Shown here piece by piece: positions 29,434-38,983 of a stretch of 64,000 nt of DNA. The notes under the pieces are model-generated. The model searched no databases. It saw nothing but the letters and a program-made list of their open reading frames with translations, and had not been told where the DNA came from. The DNA is from a virus, in the IMG/VR virus record IMGVR_UViG_3300009703_002976, positions 1,903 through 65,902 of that record. One strand, 5' to 3'. Every line of letters begins with the position of its first letter. The first letter of the stretch is position 1. The translations under genes and the position numbers were made by a program.

Positions 29434-29440
29434 ATAAATA
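29434..29440 (+). promoter_or_regulatory. Candidate T4-type late promoter (ATAAATA)
   Basis: Sits in one of the few real intergenic gaps of the array, ahead of SD GAGG and ATG 29479. The motif is common by chance in AT-rich DNA. Confidence 0.4.
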
Positions 29441-29478
29441 GTTAAAAATAATTAAGAACAATCTCAGAGGAACAAATT

Positions 29479-30078
29479 ATGTATATAACAAACAATAAAA
29501 TTACAACAGATTTGGATCTATCTTCTTCTATAGAACTATTAAATAAAATAAAATTTGCTCTTTTTTCTTCAGATGAAAGTTTGTTAAATTTTGATCTTTC
29601 TAATGCATTGAATTATGAACTTCCTAGATTGTATGTTATGGAAAGTAATAATATTATGAATTTTATTGAATTTTATAAATCTGAACCAGATATAGATACA
29701 AAGAATTCATTAAAATCCTATTGTGCCCAACATCTTACTTGGACAAATACTTTATTTCATGTAACTGTATCTGATGCATTAGTAACTACAATTAACAAAG
29801 TTTTTACTAATTTTACAACAGCAATGGGTAGTGATGTAGATGAAAGAATTGAATCTGCTACTGGTAGTCCATTATATGATGCAACAACTACAATAGGAAC
29901 AAATTTGGACTCTGTTGATTTGACTAATATTGATTCAGAGACAGCTAAAACTTCATGGACGGAAAAAGAATTAAAAGATTTGGGAATTTTTATGTTACAA
30001 GCATCAGGAAGTATTCCATATGATTTAATTAAAGATGATGTATTGGTTGTTTTAAGTGATTCACCTACAAGTTTATAG
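29479..30078 (+). CDS. Hypothetical protein (Ser/Thr/Asp-rich C-half)
   Basis: 199 aa, own SD (GAGG); no motif recognised. Confidence 0.7.
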   Translation: MYITNNKITTDLDLSSSIELLNKIKFALFSSDESLLNFDLSNALNYELPRLYVMESNNIMNFIEFYKSEPDIDTKNSLKSYCAQHLTWTNTLFHVTVSDALVTTINKVFTNFTTAMGSDVDERIESATGSPLYDATTTIGTNLDSVDLTNIDSETAKTSWTEKELKDLGIFMLQASGSIPYDLIKDDVLVVLSDSPTSL

Positions 30079-30102
30079 ATTTTTTTAAAAATATATTATT
30101 TA

Positions 30103-31533
30103 ATGATTGATAAAGATCCTGAAAATCTCCCCTCATCTACTTTTTGTGCATTACCGTGGATGCACATTTCTACTCGCCCCAATGGACATATGCGTGTATG
30201 TTGTACTGCAAATGCATCCGCAGTACAAGATAAAGATTCAACAAATAAAACAATTTCAGAAGCAGGTGTTCTTAGGAGAGATGATGGAAAGCCTGCCAAT
30301 TTAGCAACAACAAGTTTACTAGATGCATGGAATAATGAATATATGAAATCCGTGCGAAAGATGATGCTTAGAGGTGAACGTCCTGCATCTTGTCTAAAAT
30401 GTTTTAAGGAGGAAGATGCTGGACATAGATCAAAACGACAATGGGAAACAGCAAAATGGGTTAACGAAATTGGACTTGAAGAAATTATTGATGAAACCAC
30501 AGTTGAAGGAGCCGTTCCACCTAAAGTACGGTATATTGATCTTCGGCTTGGTAGTAAGTGTCAGCTTGCATGTGTTATGTGTAGTCCTCATGATTCATCT
30601 AAGTGGGTAAAAGAGTATAAAGAAATATATCCAGAAATAAAAAATCCTAGATTAAAAGATTCGCAATTATGGGAAAAGGAATCTGGAAAATTAGCTTGGT
30701 CTGGTGGATCATATGCTTGGCATAAATCAAATCCCAATTTCTGGGAAGAATTTTATACTCAAGTGCCAACTCTTAAACAATTATATTGGGCTGGCGGTGA
30801 ATCATTAATTATGAAAGAACATTATGAAGTTCTTGAAAAAATTATTGAGATGGGTTATGCTAAAGATATTGAAGTTAGATATAATTCGAATGGACTTGAA
30901 TGGGATTCTAATTTGTTTGATCTTTGGAAAGAATATAAGAATGTTATTTTTCATTTTAGTGTAGATTCATATAAAGAAAAAAATCATTTCATTAGATATC
31001 CTTCTCGTTGGAAAAGAATTGTAAAACAAATGCATGTGTTAGATGATTATCCTCATGGTAATCTTAGATTGACAACAGCAACTACAATTACTGCTCTCAA
31101 TATTTTTTATCTTCCAGAATTTATAAGTTGGAAATTAGAAGAAGATTGGAAATTACTTAATAAATTTCCTGCTGGTGCTGGTATGATTGATTTGCATCTT
31201 GCATATTGGCCCCCCCAATTAAATTGTAAGGTATTACCTAAATGGTTTAAACGAGATGTAACTGATAAATTCGAAGAGTTTTATCCATGGCTTGAAGAGA
31301 ATTGGAAAAAATGTAATGGAGTTGAGGTCGAAAATATCGACTTCAAAGAGTGGAGAGAATTGCCGTATGGTATAAAAAGACTTGAGGGCCTTGTGTCTTT
31401 TATGAACTCTGAAGATTGGTCTGAAAGATTGCCCGAAACTGCTGAATGGTGTTTTACTATTGCAAAGACAAGAAACTTAGATTTTATAAAAATATTTCCT
31501 GATTTAGAATGGCTGGAGTGGTATGCAAATTGA
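30103..31533 (+). CDS. Radical SAM protein with N-terminal twitch domain
   Basis: FCALPW...RVCC...CLKC, then DLRLGSKCQLACVMC, AGGES, SVDS. Confidence 0.92.
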   Translation: MIDKDPENLPSSTFCALPWMHISTRPNGHMRVCCTANASAVQDKDSTNKTISEAGVLRRDDGKPANLATTSLLDAWNNEYMKSVRKMMLRGERPASCLKCFKEEDAGHRSKRQWETAKWVNEIGLEEIIDETTVEGAVPPKVRYIDLRLGSKCQLACVMCSPHDSSKWVKEYKEIYPEIKNPRLKDSQLWEKESGKLAWSGGSYAWHKSNPNFWEEFYTQVPTLKQLYWAGGESLIMKEHYEVLEKIIEMGYAKDIEVRYNSNGLEWDSNLFDLWKEYKNVIFHFSVDSYKEKNHFIRYPSRWKRIVKQMHVLDDYPHGNLRLTTATTITALNIFYLPEFISWKLEEDWKLLNKFPAGAGMIDLHLAYWPPQLNCKVLPKWFKRDVTDKFEEFYPWLEENWKKCNGVEVENIDFKEWRELPYGIKRLEGLVSFMNSEDWSERLPETAEWCFTIAKTRNLDFIKIFPDLEWLEWYAN

Positions 31534-32275
31534 AATTCCCAAAACAATACGTAGATTGAAACAAAAATTCATTGAAGAACTTTATTCAAAATATGAGGGC
31601 GAAGATGTTTGGAAAAATCTAAGACATTATAAAGACAAATGTTATGAAGAAAAGTTTGTAAATACTATAGGTATTTGGATGTCGGGTGGAGCAGATAGTT
31701 CAATGTTAGCATATTTACTTGCTAAAAAAATTAAAGAAGAAAATTTAAATATAAAAATTCAACCTTTGTCTGTTAGAAGAGGAAGACCTAATAATCCAAT
31801 ATATGCTGGAAATGTTATAGATTGGATTGAAGAAGAATTAAATATTAAAATGAATGATCATATCATATATTTTCCAGATATTACAGATAAGCATCAACGA
31901 GAAATAAAAGAATTTTGGGATAGAGATGATGAAAATTTTAGAAATGATTTATTTCAAATTCTTTATTCTGGAATAACGTGTAATCCTCCTGTTAATGATA
32001 AAACTATTCCTTTAAATAAAGAACGTAGTAGAGATGAAAATGCGGATAGACCTTTAATATCAGAAAATGGAATTCGTTATTATTTAAATCCTTTTTTTGA
32101 TATAAACAAAAAACAATTAGCAGAATTATATAAAGAAAATAATTTATTAAATACTCTTTTTTCTCAAACTTATAGTTGTGAGGGAGAGGCCGAAGACACT
32201 AAAACACATACTCAGCATTGTGAAAAATGTTGGTGGTGTCAAGAAAGATTTTGGGCGTTTGGAAGATATGTATAA
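31523..32275 (+). CDS. QueC-like PP-loop ATP pyrophosphatase
   Basis: MSGGADS PP-loop, NPF...K, TYSC...HCEKCWWCQER Zn-site cluster. Confidence 0.7.
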   Translation: MQIEIPKTIRRLKQKFIEELYSKYEGEDVWKNLRHYKDKCYEEKFVNTIGIWMSGGADSSMLAYLLAKKIKEENLNIKIQPLSVRRGRPNNPIYAGNVIDWIEEELNIKMNDHIIYFPDITDKHQREIKEFWDRDDENFRNDLFQILYSGITCNPPVNDKTIPLNKERSRDENADRPLISENGIRYYLNPFFDINKKQLAELYKENNLLNTLFSQTYSCEGEAEDTKTHTQHCEKCWWCQERFWAFGRYV

Positions 32276-33404
32276 TATTGAAGATCAATCAAATCGATAT
32301 CAAATAATATGGGATCTTGGAAGAAGATGTTCATATGCATGTTCCTATTGTCCGCCTCATAGAAATAATAAAACATCCTCGTTTGTAAATTATAAAACAT
32401 TATGTAAGTCTATGGATAATGTTGCAGAATATGCGTTGCTTTATGATACATTTAGAAAAAAACCTGCTAAGAAAAAATTGAGCTTTACTGGTGGTGAACC
32501 AACAGTACACCCTGATTTTTTTAGATTTTTAAAATATGTAAAAAAAGAATATCCTGATTTTAGTCGAGGATTGACAACTAATGGATGGTTTGGTAATAAT
32601 ATTTTAGATAAAGTTTTATCATTGACTACGGGAGGAACATTATCTTATCATTGTGAAGCAACAAAGAAACAAAAACAACAAGTAATATCAAATGCAATAT
32701 ATTTAAGACAAAAATATAAAGTTAATGTGATGTTTCATAAAGATTATTTTGAAGAATGTATAGATGTATGTGAACAATTAGAAAAAAATAGTGTAGATTA
32801 TGTACCAAGAATTATAGGAGATGATAATCCTAACGATAAAAAGTCTATAATATTGGGTTATACACATAAGTATAATAAAGATCAAATGAAATGGTTTCGT
32901 AACTATTGGAAACAAAGGGGACAAAATGTCTCAGAAAAAGGAAACACTCAAAAAGGACTGGGAAGACCGTGTTGTGGAGGAAGATGTTTCAAGGCAGACG
33001 GTGTGGATACTTATTTTTTGCCTGACACTAATTTTTTGGGGTGGAATTGCATGGTTAATTGGTACTTTCTTTTTTTAAATTCTGAATTAGATGCAGTTTA
33101 TACACATCAAACTTGTGGAGTTAATTTAAATGGTGAAGTTGCTCCTTTAGGAAAAATATCAGAGTTTGATAAAATCATAGATGACTTAGCAGATAATATG
33201 TATCAAAAAAAGGTACCTATGATTACTTGCCCAAAAACTTTTTGTGGATGCGGTATGTGCATTACAAAATCTAAAGACTCTATAGATGAAATGTTTAATC
33301 GACACGTAATTGATGAGTTAAATTATGAAAAAGTATCTCAAAAAACAAGTGATTGGAATACAGATTTAACAGTTAAAAAATTATTTGAAAATAATGTGTT
33401 ATGA
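32268..33404 (+). CDS. Radical SAM protein
   Basis: WDLGRRCSYACSYCP, FTGGEPT, TTNG, Cys-rich C-terminus (CPKTFCGCGMC). Track start 32178. Confidence 0.9.
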   Translation: MYNIEDQSNRYQIIWDLGRRCSYACSYCPPHRNNKTSSFVNYKTLCKSMDNVAEYALLYDTFRKKPAKKKLSFTGGEPTVHPDFFRFLKYVKKEYPDFSRGLTTNGWFGNNILDKVLSLTTGGTLSYHCEATKKQKQQVISNAIYLRQKYKVNVMFHKDYFEECIDVCEQLEKNSVDYVPRIIGDDNPNDKKSIILGYTHKYNKDQMKWFRNYWKQRGQNVSEKGNTQKGLGRPCCGGRCFKADGVDTYFLPDTNFLGWNCMVNWYFLFLNSELDAVYTHQTCGVNLNGEVAPLGKISEFDKIIDDLADNMYQKKVPMITCPKTFCGCGMCITKSKDSIDEMFNRHVIDELNYEKVSQKTSDWNTDLTVKKLFENNVL

Positions 33405-34489
33405 AACATTTTTGCATGGCTCCCTTTGTACACATTCAAAGAAATTCTTTTGGTGAATTTAATCCTTGTTGTATGTTTAGTGATAGAATTTATTCTGAAT
33501 ATAATTCTATATACGAAGCATTCAATAGTGGAGAGAATAATAATCTTAGACAAAGAATGTTAAATGATGAAAAAATAGAAGGATGTAATAAATGTTATAG
33601 AGATGAGTCTTTGGGAAAACACAGTTATAGACAACGTTTTAATGAAAGATATAAACAAGAATATATTGATAATCCAAAAATAAAAGAATTAGAATTAGCA
33701 TTAAGTAATAAATGTAATTATAAATGTGTAGACTGTAATACGAAATTTAGTTCTTCTTGGTATGAAGATGATCTGTTATTAGAAAGAACTCACTATACTT
33801 TTAAAGGACGAGATGTAAAAAATACAATTCATGAAGAAGATTTTAAAATCATGGATTTGAATGAAATAAAAATTTTAGGGGGCGAGCCATTTTTAGATAA
33901 AAGATATATTGATGTTTTTAAAAAAATAGATGCTGAAAATATTAAGTTGTTTCTTGTTACAAATAATTCTGTTTTCCCTAATAAAGAATGGATAGAACAA
34001 TTAAAAAGATTTAAACATATTAATTTTAATATTAGTATTGATGGTGTTCATGAAGTTGCAGAATTTGTAAGATATGGAACTAAATTTATAAAATTTGAAA
34101 AAAATTATAAAAAATGGTTGGATTTAAATTTTCATAATATAGACATAATTCCTCATTTTGTTTTTCATTCTTTAAATGTTTTAAACTTTGATCAGACGAT
34201 AGATTGGTTAATTGATGTTTATGATTCAGATATAGAAACAATATTAAATTATATTTCCTATGATTTTTTATCAATGCCTGAAATGTTAAATTGTTCATTT
34301 TTAACGGATGAATGTAAAAATATGATTGTTGATAATAGTGTTTATTTTAAAAATGAATTAGAAAATTTTCTTGAAAGCAATTCATATAATTCGACATATA
34401 TTGATGAATTGAAAAAATTTGTTTCTTTTTTGAATTTAAGAAGTGAAATACCCAATCAATCTTTTCAAGTTATATCATGTTTAAAATAA
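33401..34489 (+). CDS. Radical SAM protein with N-terminal twitch domain
   Basis: FCMAPF...PCC...CNKC; CNYKCVDC; GGEPF; SIDG. Confidence 0.9.
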   Translation: MKHFCMAPFVHIQRNSFGEFNPCCMFSDRIYSEYNSIYEAFNSGENNNLRQRMLNDEKIEGCNKCYRDESLGKHSYRQRFNERYKQEYIDNPKIKELELALSNKCNYKCVDCNTKFSSSWYEDDLLLERTHYTFKGRDVKNTIHEEDFKIMDLNEIKILGGEPFLDKRYIDVFKKIDAENIKLFLVTNNSVFPNKEWIEQLKRFKHINFNISIDGVHEVAEFVRYGTKFIKFEKNYKKWLDLNFHNIDIIPHFVFHSLNVLNFDQTIDWLIDVYDSDIETILNYISYDFLSMPEMLNCSFLTDECKNMIVDNSVYFKNELENFLESNSYNSTYIDELKKFVSFLNLRSEIPNQSFQVISCLK

Positions 34490-35463
34490 ATGTTATAGAA
34501 ATAGAATTGTCATCTCTTTGTAACGCAAAATGTTCTGCATGTATGCGTACTATATTAGATGAACGTGGAAAATATTATTTAAAAGATAATTTGCCTTTGA
34601 ATGAAATTGAATCGTGGTTTAATGACATAGATTTATCAAATACTAAAATAAAAATGTGTGGAGTATTGGGTGATCCAATGATTAATCCGGAATTGCATGA
34701 TATTGTTTTTTATTTTTTATATGAAAAACATGTAAGAGATATTGAAATGTCTACGAATGGTGGTACTCGTACACTTGATTTCTGGAAAGAATTGGGTATG
34801 TTATCAAAAAATTCGAATAAAAGATTTTATGTTCATTGGGCTATTGATGGAGTTACAAAAAATGACTATAGAGAAAACGTTGTACTCGATAGAGTATGGA
34901 ATAATATTAATGCTTACCATTCTACTGGCGGCCATAGTATCTGGCAGTATATCATTTTTGATTATAATGAAGACGAAGTTGAAATGGCCAGAGAAAAAGC
35001 AAAAGAAAATGGAATGAAATTTGCAACTCGTAAAAGTTGGAGAAATAATTCAGATTTTGCTAAAGTTAAATCTAGGGCCGCTAAAGAAATTGATGCTGAA
35101 AAGTATGAAGAAGTTGAAAAACGAGCATATGAGAAATCATATGAAGATGCAAAAATTGTATGTAGACATAAAGTAAAAGGAGAAATATACATTGGTGCAA
35201 ATAGAAGATTGTGGCCTTGTTGTCATTTATATGATGAAGATGTTGCTCAAAAAAATAATTCTATGAAACATTTATTTGAGTCTGTGGGACACAATTTTAA
35301 TGATTTAAATAAACATAGTATAAAAGATATTTTATCTGGTGAGTGGTATAAAAAGACTTTAGAAGATAGTTGGAATAAATTTCATCCTATGCATTTGCCT
35401 AGATGTTATTTGACATGTGGAGATGAAGGAAAACGAGCGGTTATTAAAAATGTGGAAAACTAA
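34477..35463 (+). CDS. Radical SAM/SPASM protein
   Basis: CNAKCSAC, CGVLGDP, TNGG, WQYIIF; C-terminal C...WPCC...CYLTC. Confidence 0.9.
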   Translation: MFKINVIEIELSSLCNAKCSACMRTILDERGKYYLKDNLPLNEIESWFNDIDLSNTKIKMCGVLGDPMINPELHDIVFYFLYEKHVRDIEMSTNGGTRTLDFWKELGMLSKNSNKRFYVHWAIDGVTKNDYRENVVLDRVWNNINAYHSTGGHSIWQYIIFDYNEDEVEMAREKAKENGMKFATRKSWRNNSDFAKVKSRAAKEIDAEKYEEVEKRAYEKSYEDAKIVCRHKVKGEIYIGANRRLWPCCHLYDEDVAQKNNSMKHLFESVGHNFNDLNKHSIKDILSGEWYKKTLEDSWNKFHPMHLPRCYLTCGDEGKRAVIKNVEN

Positions 35464-36379
35464 AACAGTAGAATGGATCGATGTTGAATTAACATCATTT
35501 TGTAATATAGCATGTCCTGGTTGTTTGAGACAAGAAAAAAGAAAACAAGTAGATCATATTTTAGATAAAGATATGATACAATTTTCTGATTTGCAAAAAT
35601 GGATCAGAAAAGAAGATTTCCCTAATTTAAAATTGCTTAATTTTTGTGGATCTGTAGATGAGCCCACAACACATCCTGAATTATTAGATATAGTAGAATA
35701 TTTTTTAACATTTACAGAGATAAATATTGCATCCAATGGATCGACTAAGACAAAAGATTTTTGGAAAAAATTAGGAGAATATGGTGTATCTGTATTTTTT
35801 GGTATTGATGGTATAGATCAGAAATCGTTAGAGAAATATAGAATAGGTTCTAGTTTTAAAAAAATACAGGAAAATTATAGAGCATTTATTAAAGCGGGGG
35901 GTAATGCTACTTGGCAATTTATAGTATTTGAACATAATGAACATCTTTTGGAAGATGCAAAAGCTCTTTCAGAAAAAGAAGGATTTACAAATTTTAGAAC
36001 AATATTTTCTCATAGAAAAGGAAGTGGAGAGATTGAAAAAAAGACAGTTGAAGAACAAGAGATATATTGTAAGTATGGACATCAAAAAAGACTTTTTATA
36101 AATCATACAGGAGCTTTGATACCATGTTGTTATTTAAACTCTGAAGCACTTGAATTACATGCTAATGAAACTATTAAAACTAAATTTGGGACAAAATATA
36201 TGGAATTAGATGGAGTGTTATCAAATAATCTTAAATATAATACAGTATCGGAAGTATTGAATGGAGAATTATTTAAATATATTATTGAATCTTGGAATGA
36301 TGATCCAGTTGAAAAGTGTTGGCAAACATGTAAACAGAAAAAAAGAGATATTTTTATAGATGAGAAAGTAACATGCTGA
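35450..36379 (+). CDS. Radical SAM/SPASM protein
   Basis: CNIACPGC, CGSVDEP, SNGS, WQFIVFEHN; C-terminal C...IPCC...CWQTC. Track start 35417. Confidence 0.9.
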   Translation: MWKTKTVEWIDVELTSFCNIACPGCLRQEKRKQVDHILDKDMIQFSDLQKWIRKEDFPNLKLLNFCGSVDEPTTHPELLDIVEYFLTFTEINIASNGSTKTKDFWKKLGEYGVSVFFGIDGIDQKSLEKYRIGSSFKKIQENYRAFIKAGGNATWQFIVFEHNEHLLEDAKALSEKEGFTNFRTIFSHRKGSGEIEKKTVEEQEIYCKYGHQKRLFINHTGALIPCCYLNSEALELHANETIKTKFGTKYMELDGVLSNNLKYNTVSEVLNGELFKYIIESWNDDPVEKCWQTCKQKKRDIFIDEKVTC

Positions 36380-37719
36380 CTTGTTTTTACGCCCTTGGTG
36401 GAATTAATTATAAAAATGGAGTTATAACAACTTGTCCAAGACAAGCAAATCAATTAGTATTTGCTCATGAAACAATATTGCCCTCAGAAATATTTAATCA
36501 TAAAAATTTTAAAGAACTTAGAAAATCATTATATCAAAATAAATGGCCTAGTGGATGTGATACATGTGAGAATATGGAACAGGTAGGAGCAAAGTCTATG
36601 AGAAAAGATTATGTTTTAAATTCTGATAATTTTTTTCATAAGCCACAAAAAGACGATTATTCGGACGGAGATCCACAAAAAAATAAATTAAAAGATGAAA
36701 AAACAGAAATAAGATTATATGATTGTTATAATCCTATAACACATGAAGTAAACACAAAAGGATTGCGACATGTTGAGTTTAGATTTAGTACGGCTTGTAA
36801 TTTTTCTTGTTTACATTGTTCAAAAGTTTATTCCTCGGGATGGACTAAAAAATTACGTAATTATGAACCCGATCAAGAAGTTATACTAAATGATTTAAGA
36901 CAATTGTTAGGAACAGAACATAGACATGGCCCAAATGATAGAAATGAAATGTCTTTATCTATTGAAGAATCTTTAAAAATTGTAGAAGACCTGAATGAAA
37001 ATTTTCCATTATTACAATATGTGGATTTTGCAGGAGGAGAATTACTATATCAAAAGCAATTTTTTCCCACATTGAAAAAATTAGCAGATCATCCTAATGC
37101 AAAAAATATAAAAATATCTTTTCATACAAATTTTAATGCTGATTTTGATGTTGCACTTTTGTCTAAACATCTGGAATGTTTTGGCTCTTCAGCAATAATA
37201 ATATCTGTTGATGCGGGTAAAACATTTTATTCTTATTTTAGAAATGGGGGTGAATGGGACAAATTGAAAAATAATATTCAAGAATTTAAAAAAATAAATG
37301 ATTTTACTTGGGTTGATATGAGTTGTACAACTTCAATTTATCAAATGTTGGATATATATGATGTTTTTGATTCGTTTTATGATTTGAATTTAAACTTTGA
37401 TGCATCTATAGTTCAAACTCCACAATATTTGGATCCGTCATTAATACTTTATGATTTTTATGATGAGACTATGAAAGATATTGAAAAAACATATGAGTTA
37501 ATTGAAAAAAGACAAAAAAATCCTGAAGGAAAAAGTGATTATTCAAAATATTGGTTTAATTATATTGTGGATTATGTAAAGCAAACGAAAATAAGTTATA
37601 ATAATTTTAATAGATTTTTAATATATCGAAAAAAATCAGATGAGATTTGGAATCAAGATTTTAATGATTATTTTGAAAATTATCAAATCGAAAATAATGA
37701 ATTAGTGAGAGTTAAGTGA
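36373..37719 (+). CDS. Radical SAM protein with N-terminal twitch-like domain
   Basis: CFYA...TTCP...CDTC; CNFSCLHC; AGGE; SVDA. Confidence 0.88.
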   Translation: MLTCFYALGGINYKNGVITTCPRQANQLVFAHETILPSEIFNHKNFKELRKSLYQNKWPSGCDTCENMEQVGAKSMRKDYVLNSDNFFHKPQKDDYSDGDPQKNKLKDEKTEIRLYDCYNPITHEVNTKGLRHVEFRFSTACNFSCLHCSKVYSSGWTKKLRNYEPDQEVILNDLRQLLGTEHRHGPNDRNEMSLSIEESLKIVEDLNENFPLLQYVDFAGGELLYQKQFFPTLKKLADHPNAKNIKISFHTNFNADFDVALLSKHLECFGSSAIIISVDAGKTFYSYFRNGGEWDKLKNNIQEFKKINDFTWVDMSCTTSIYQMLDIYDVFDSFYDLNLNFDASIVQTPQYLDPSLILYDFYDETMKDIEKTYELIEKRQKNPEGKSDYSKYWFNYIVDYVKQTKISYNNFNRFLIYRKKSDEIWNQDFNDYFENYQIENNELVRVK

Positions 37720-38783
37720 AATTAAGTGAATATGATTTTACCAAGATACCTTGGAATAAAATTGAACGAGTTGGGACTTGGAAGATGCTGGAGTCTGACT
37801 TATTTACAGTTTCATGGTTGTTAGGGAGATTTTGTAATTATAGATGTTCATATTGCTGGCCATATGCAAGAAGTAATACTAAAGATCATCGTCCTGTGAA
37901 ATTATGTCTCAATACAATTGATGAAATTAAACGACAGGCCAGAGAAAGAAATTTTAATTCCTTTCATTTTAGTCTATCTGGAGGTGAGCCCACTTTTCAT
38001 CCAGCATATCTTGATATACTTGAACATCTTGCAGATGATGTAGTATACACTAATTATTCATCTGTCCATATGACTTCAAATTGTTCTCGACCTATGAAGT
38101 GGTTTGAACGATATGTTGAGTCAGCAAAGAAATTTTCAAGAGCATCTATTACTGCATCATTTCATCGTGAATATATTACAAAAAATAAACTTAATGATTT
38201 TGCAGATAAACTTGATTTTTGTCAACGTAATGGTGTAAGAGTAACAATTAATTCTGTAATGGTACCAGAAAAATTTGATGAAATATATAAAGACTTATTG
38301 TATTTTTATGAACGAGGCATAAACGTAACACTTAAACCACAAAGTGATCCTACTGCATCATTTGTTGTTGATGGATATTCTGAAGAACAGATGCAAGTAT
38401 TGCATAATGGTATGCCTCAGATTACAAACATGGAAGTTAAATCAAAAAAACTTCAAAACATTCGTCAAGAATTTGAAATTGTTATGAATGATGATGAAGG
38501 AAAAGAGTGGTATCTTGATCAAGCAGAAAGATTTAATGCATTTAATTTTAATAATTTTAAAGGATGGACTTGCTCTACTGGTTATCGTAGTTGCATTATT
38601 CGTGAACCTGATGGAAGCATTAAACGATCTTATTCTTGTGGAGATGCTCCTTTAGGAAATATAGAAACAGGATTTAAATTATTTGATTCGCCTGTGATAT
38701 GTACTACAAATGCGTGTGTAAGTTCTGCTGATAGTAAAATTCCTAAAAAGAAATCTAATTGTACCTTACCATTATGGAAATAG
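37716..38783 (+). CDS. Radical SAM protein (paralog of 32268)
   Basis: GTG start overlapping upstream TGA; WLLGRFCNYRCSYCWP, SGGEPT, C-terminal CSTG...SC...C...CVSSAD. Confidence 0.9.
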   Translation: MKLSEYDFTKIPWNKIERVGTWKMLESDLFTVSWLLGRFCNYRCSYCWPYARSNTKDHRPVKLCLNTIDEIKRQARERNFNSFHFSLSGGEPTFHPAYLDILEHLADDVVYTNYSSVHMTSNCSRPMKWFERYVESAKKFSRASITASFHREYITKNKLNDFADKLDFCQRNGVRVTINSVMVPEKFDEIYKDLLYFYERGINVTLKPQSDPTASFVVDGYSEEQMQVLHNGMPQITNMEVKSKKLQNIRQEFEIVMNDDEGKEWYLDQAERFNAFNFNNFKGWTCSTGYRSCIIREPDGSIKRSYSCGDAPLGNIETGFKLFDSPVICTTNACVSSADSKIPKKKSNCTLPLWK

Positions 38784-38983
38784 ATAATATTATAAATGAT
38801 TATTCTTTGAGAGAATTACAAATTATTTCTTCAAGAATATTATCAGAACATGAAGCTACAAATAATTTTATAAAACAATTTAAAGCAGATCATGATAGTC
38901 ATCAATTTTATAAAAACGTTATTAAATGGTATATTGAAAAATATAAACATTTTCCTGAATTGAAAAAATATGATTCCTTCTAA
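38774..38983 (+). CDS. Small hypothetical protein (69 aa)
   Basis: Fills the gap between two rSAM genes, overlapping both (track start 38759). Confidence 0.55.
   Translation: MEIDNIINDYSLRELQIISSRILSEHEATNNFIKQFKADHDSHQFYKNVIKWYIEKYKHFPELKKYDSF

Noticed and set aside
17167-37731. Short tandem duplications (ATACGTAC x2 near 17167; TTAAGTGAA x2 near 37712)
   Set aside because: Only two copies of 9-10 nt within coding or overlap regions; consistent with chance or slippage.
38774-38983. Small ORF between rSAM genes as a RiPP precursor
   Set aside because: Looks like an amphipathic helical mini-protein with no leader/core pattern, no Cys and no repeated motif; not excluded but unsupported.
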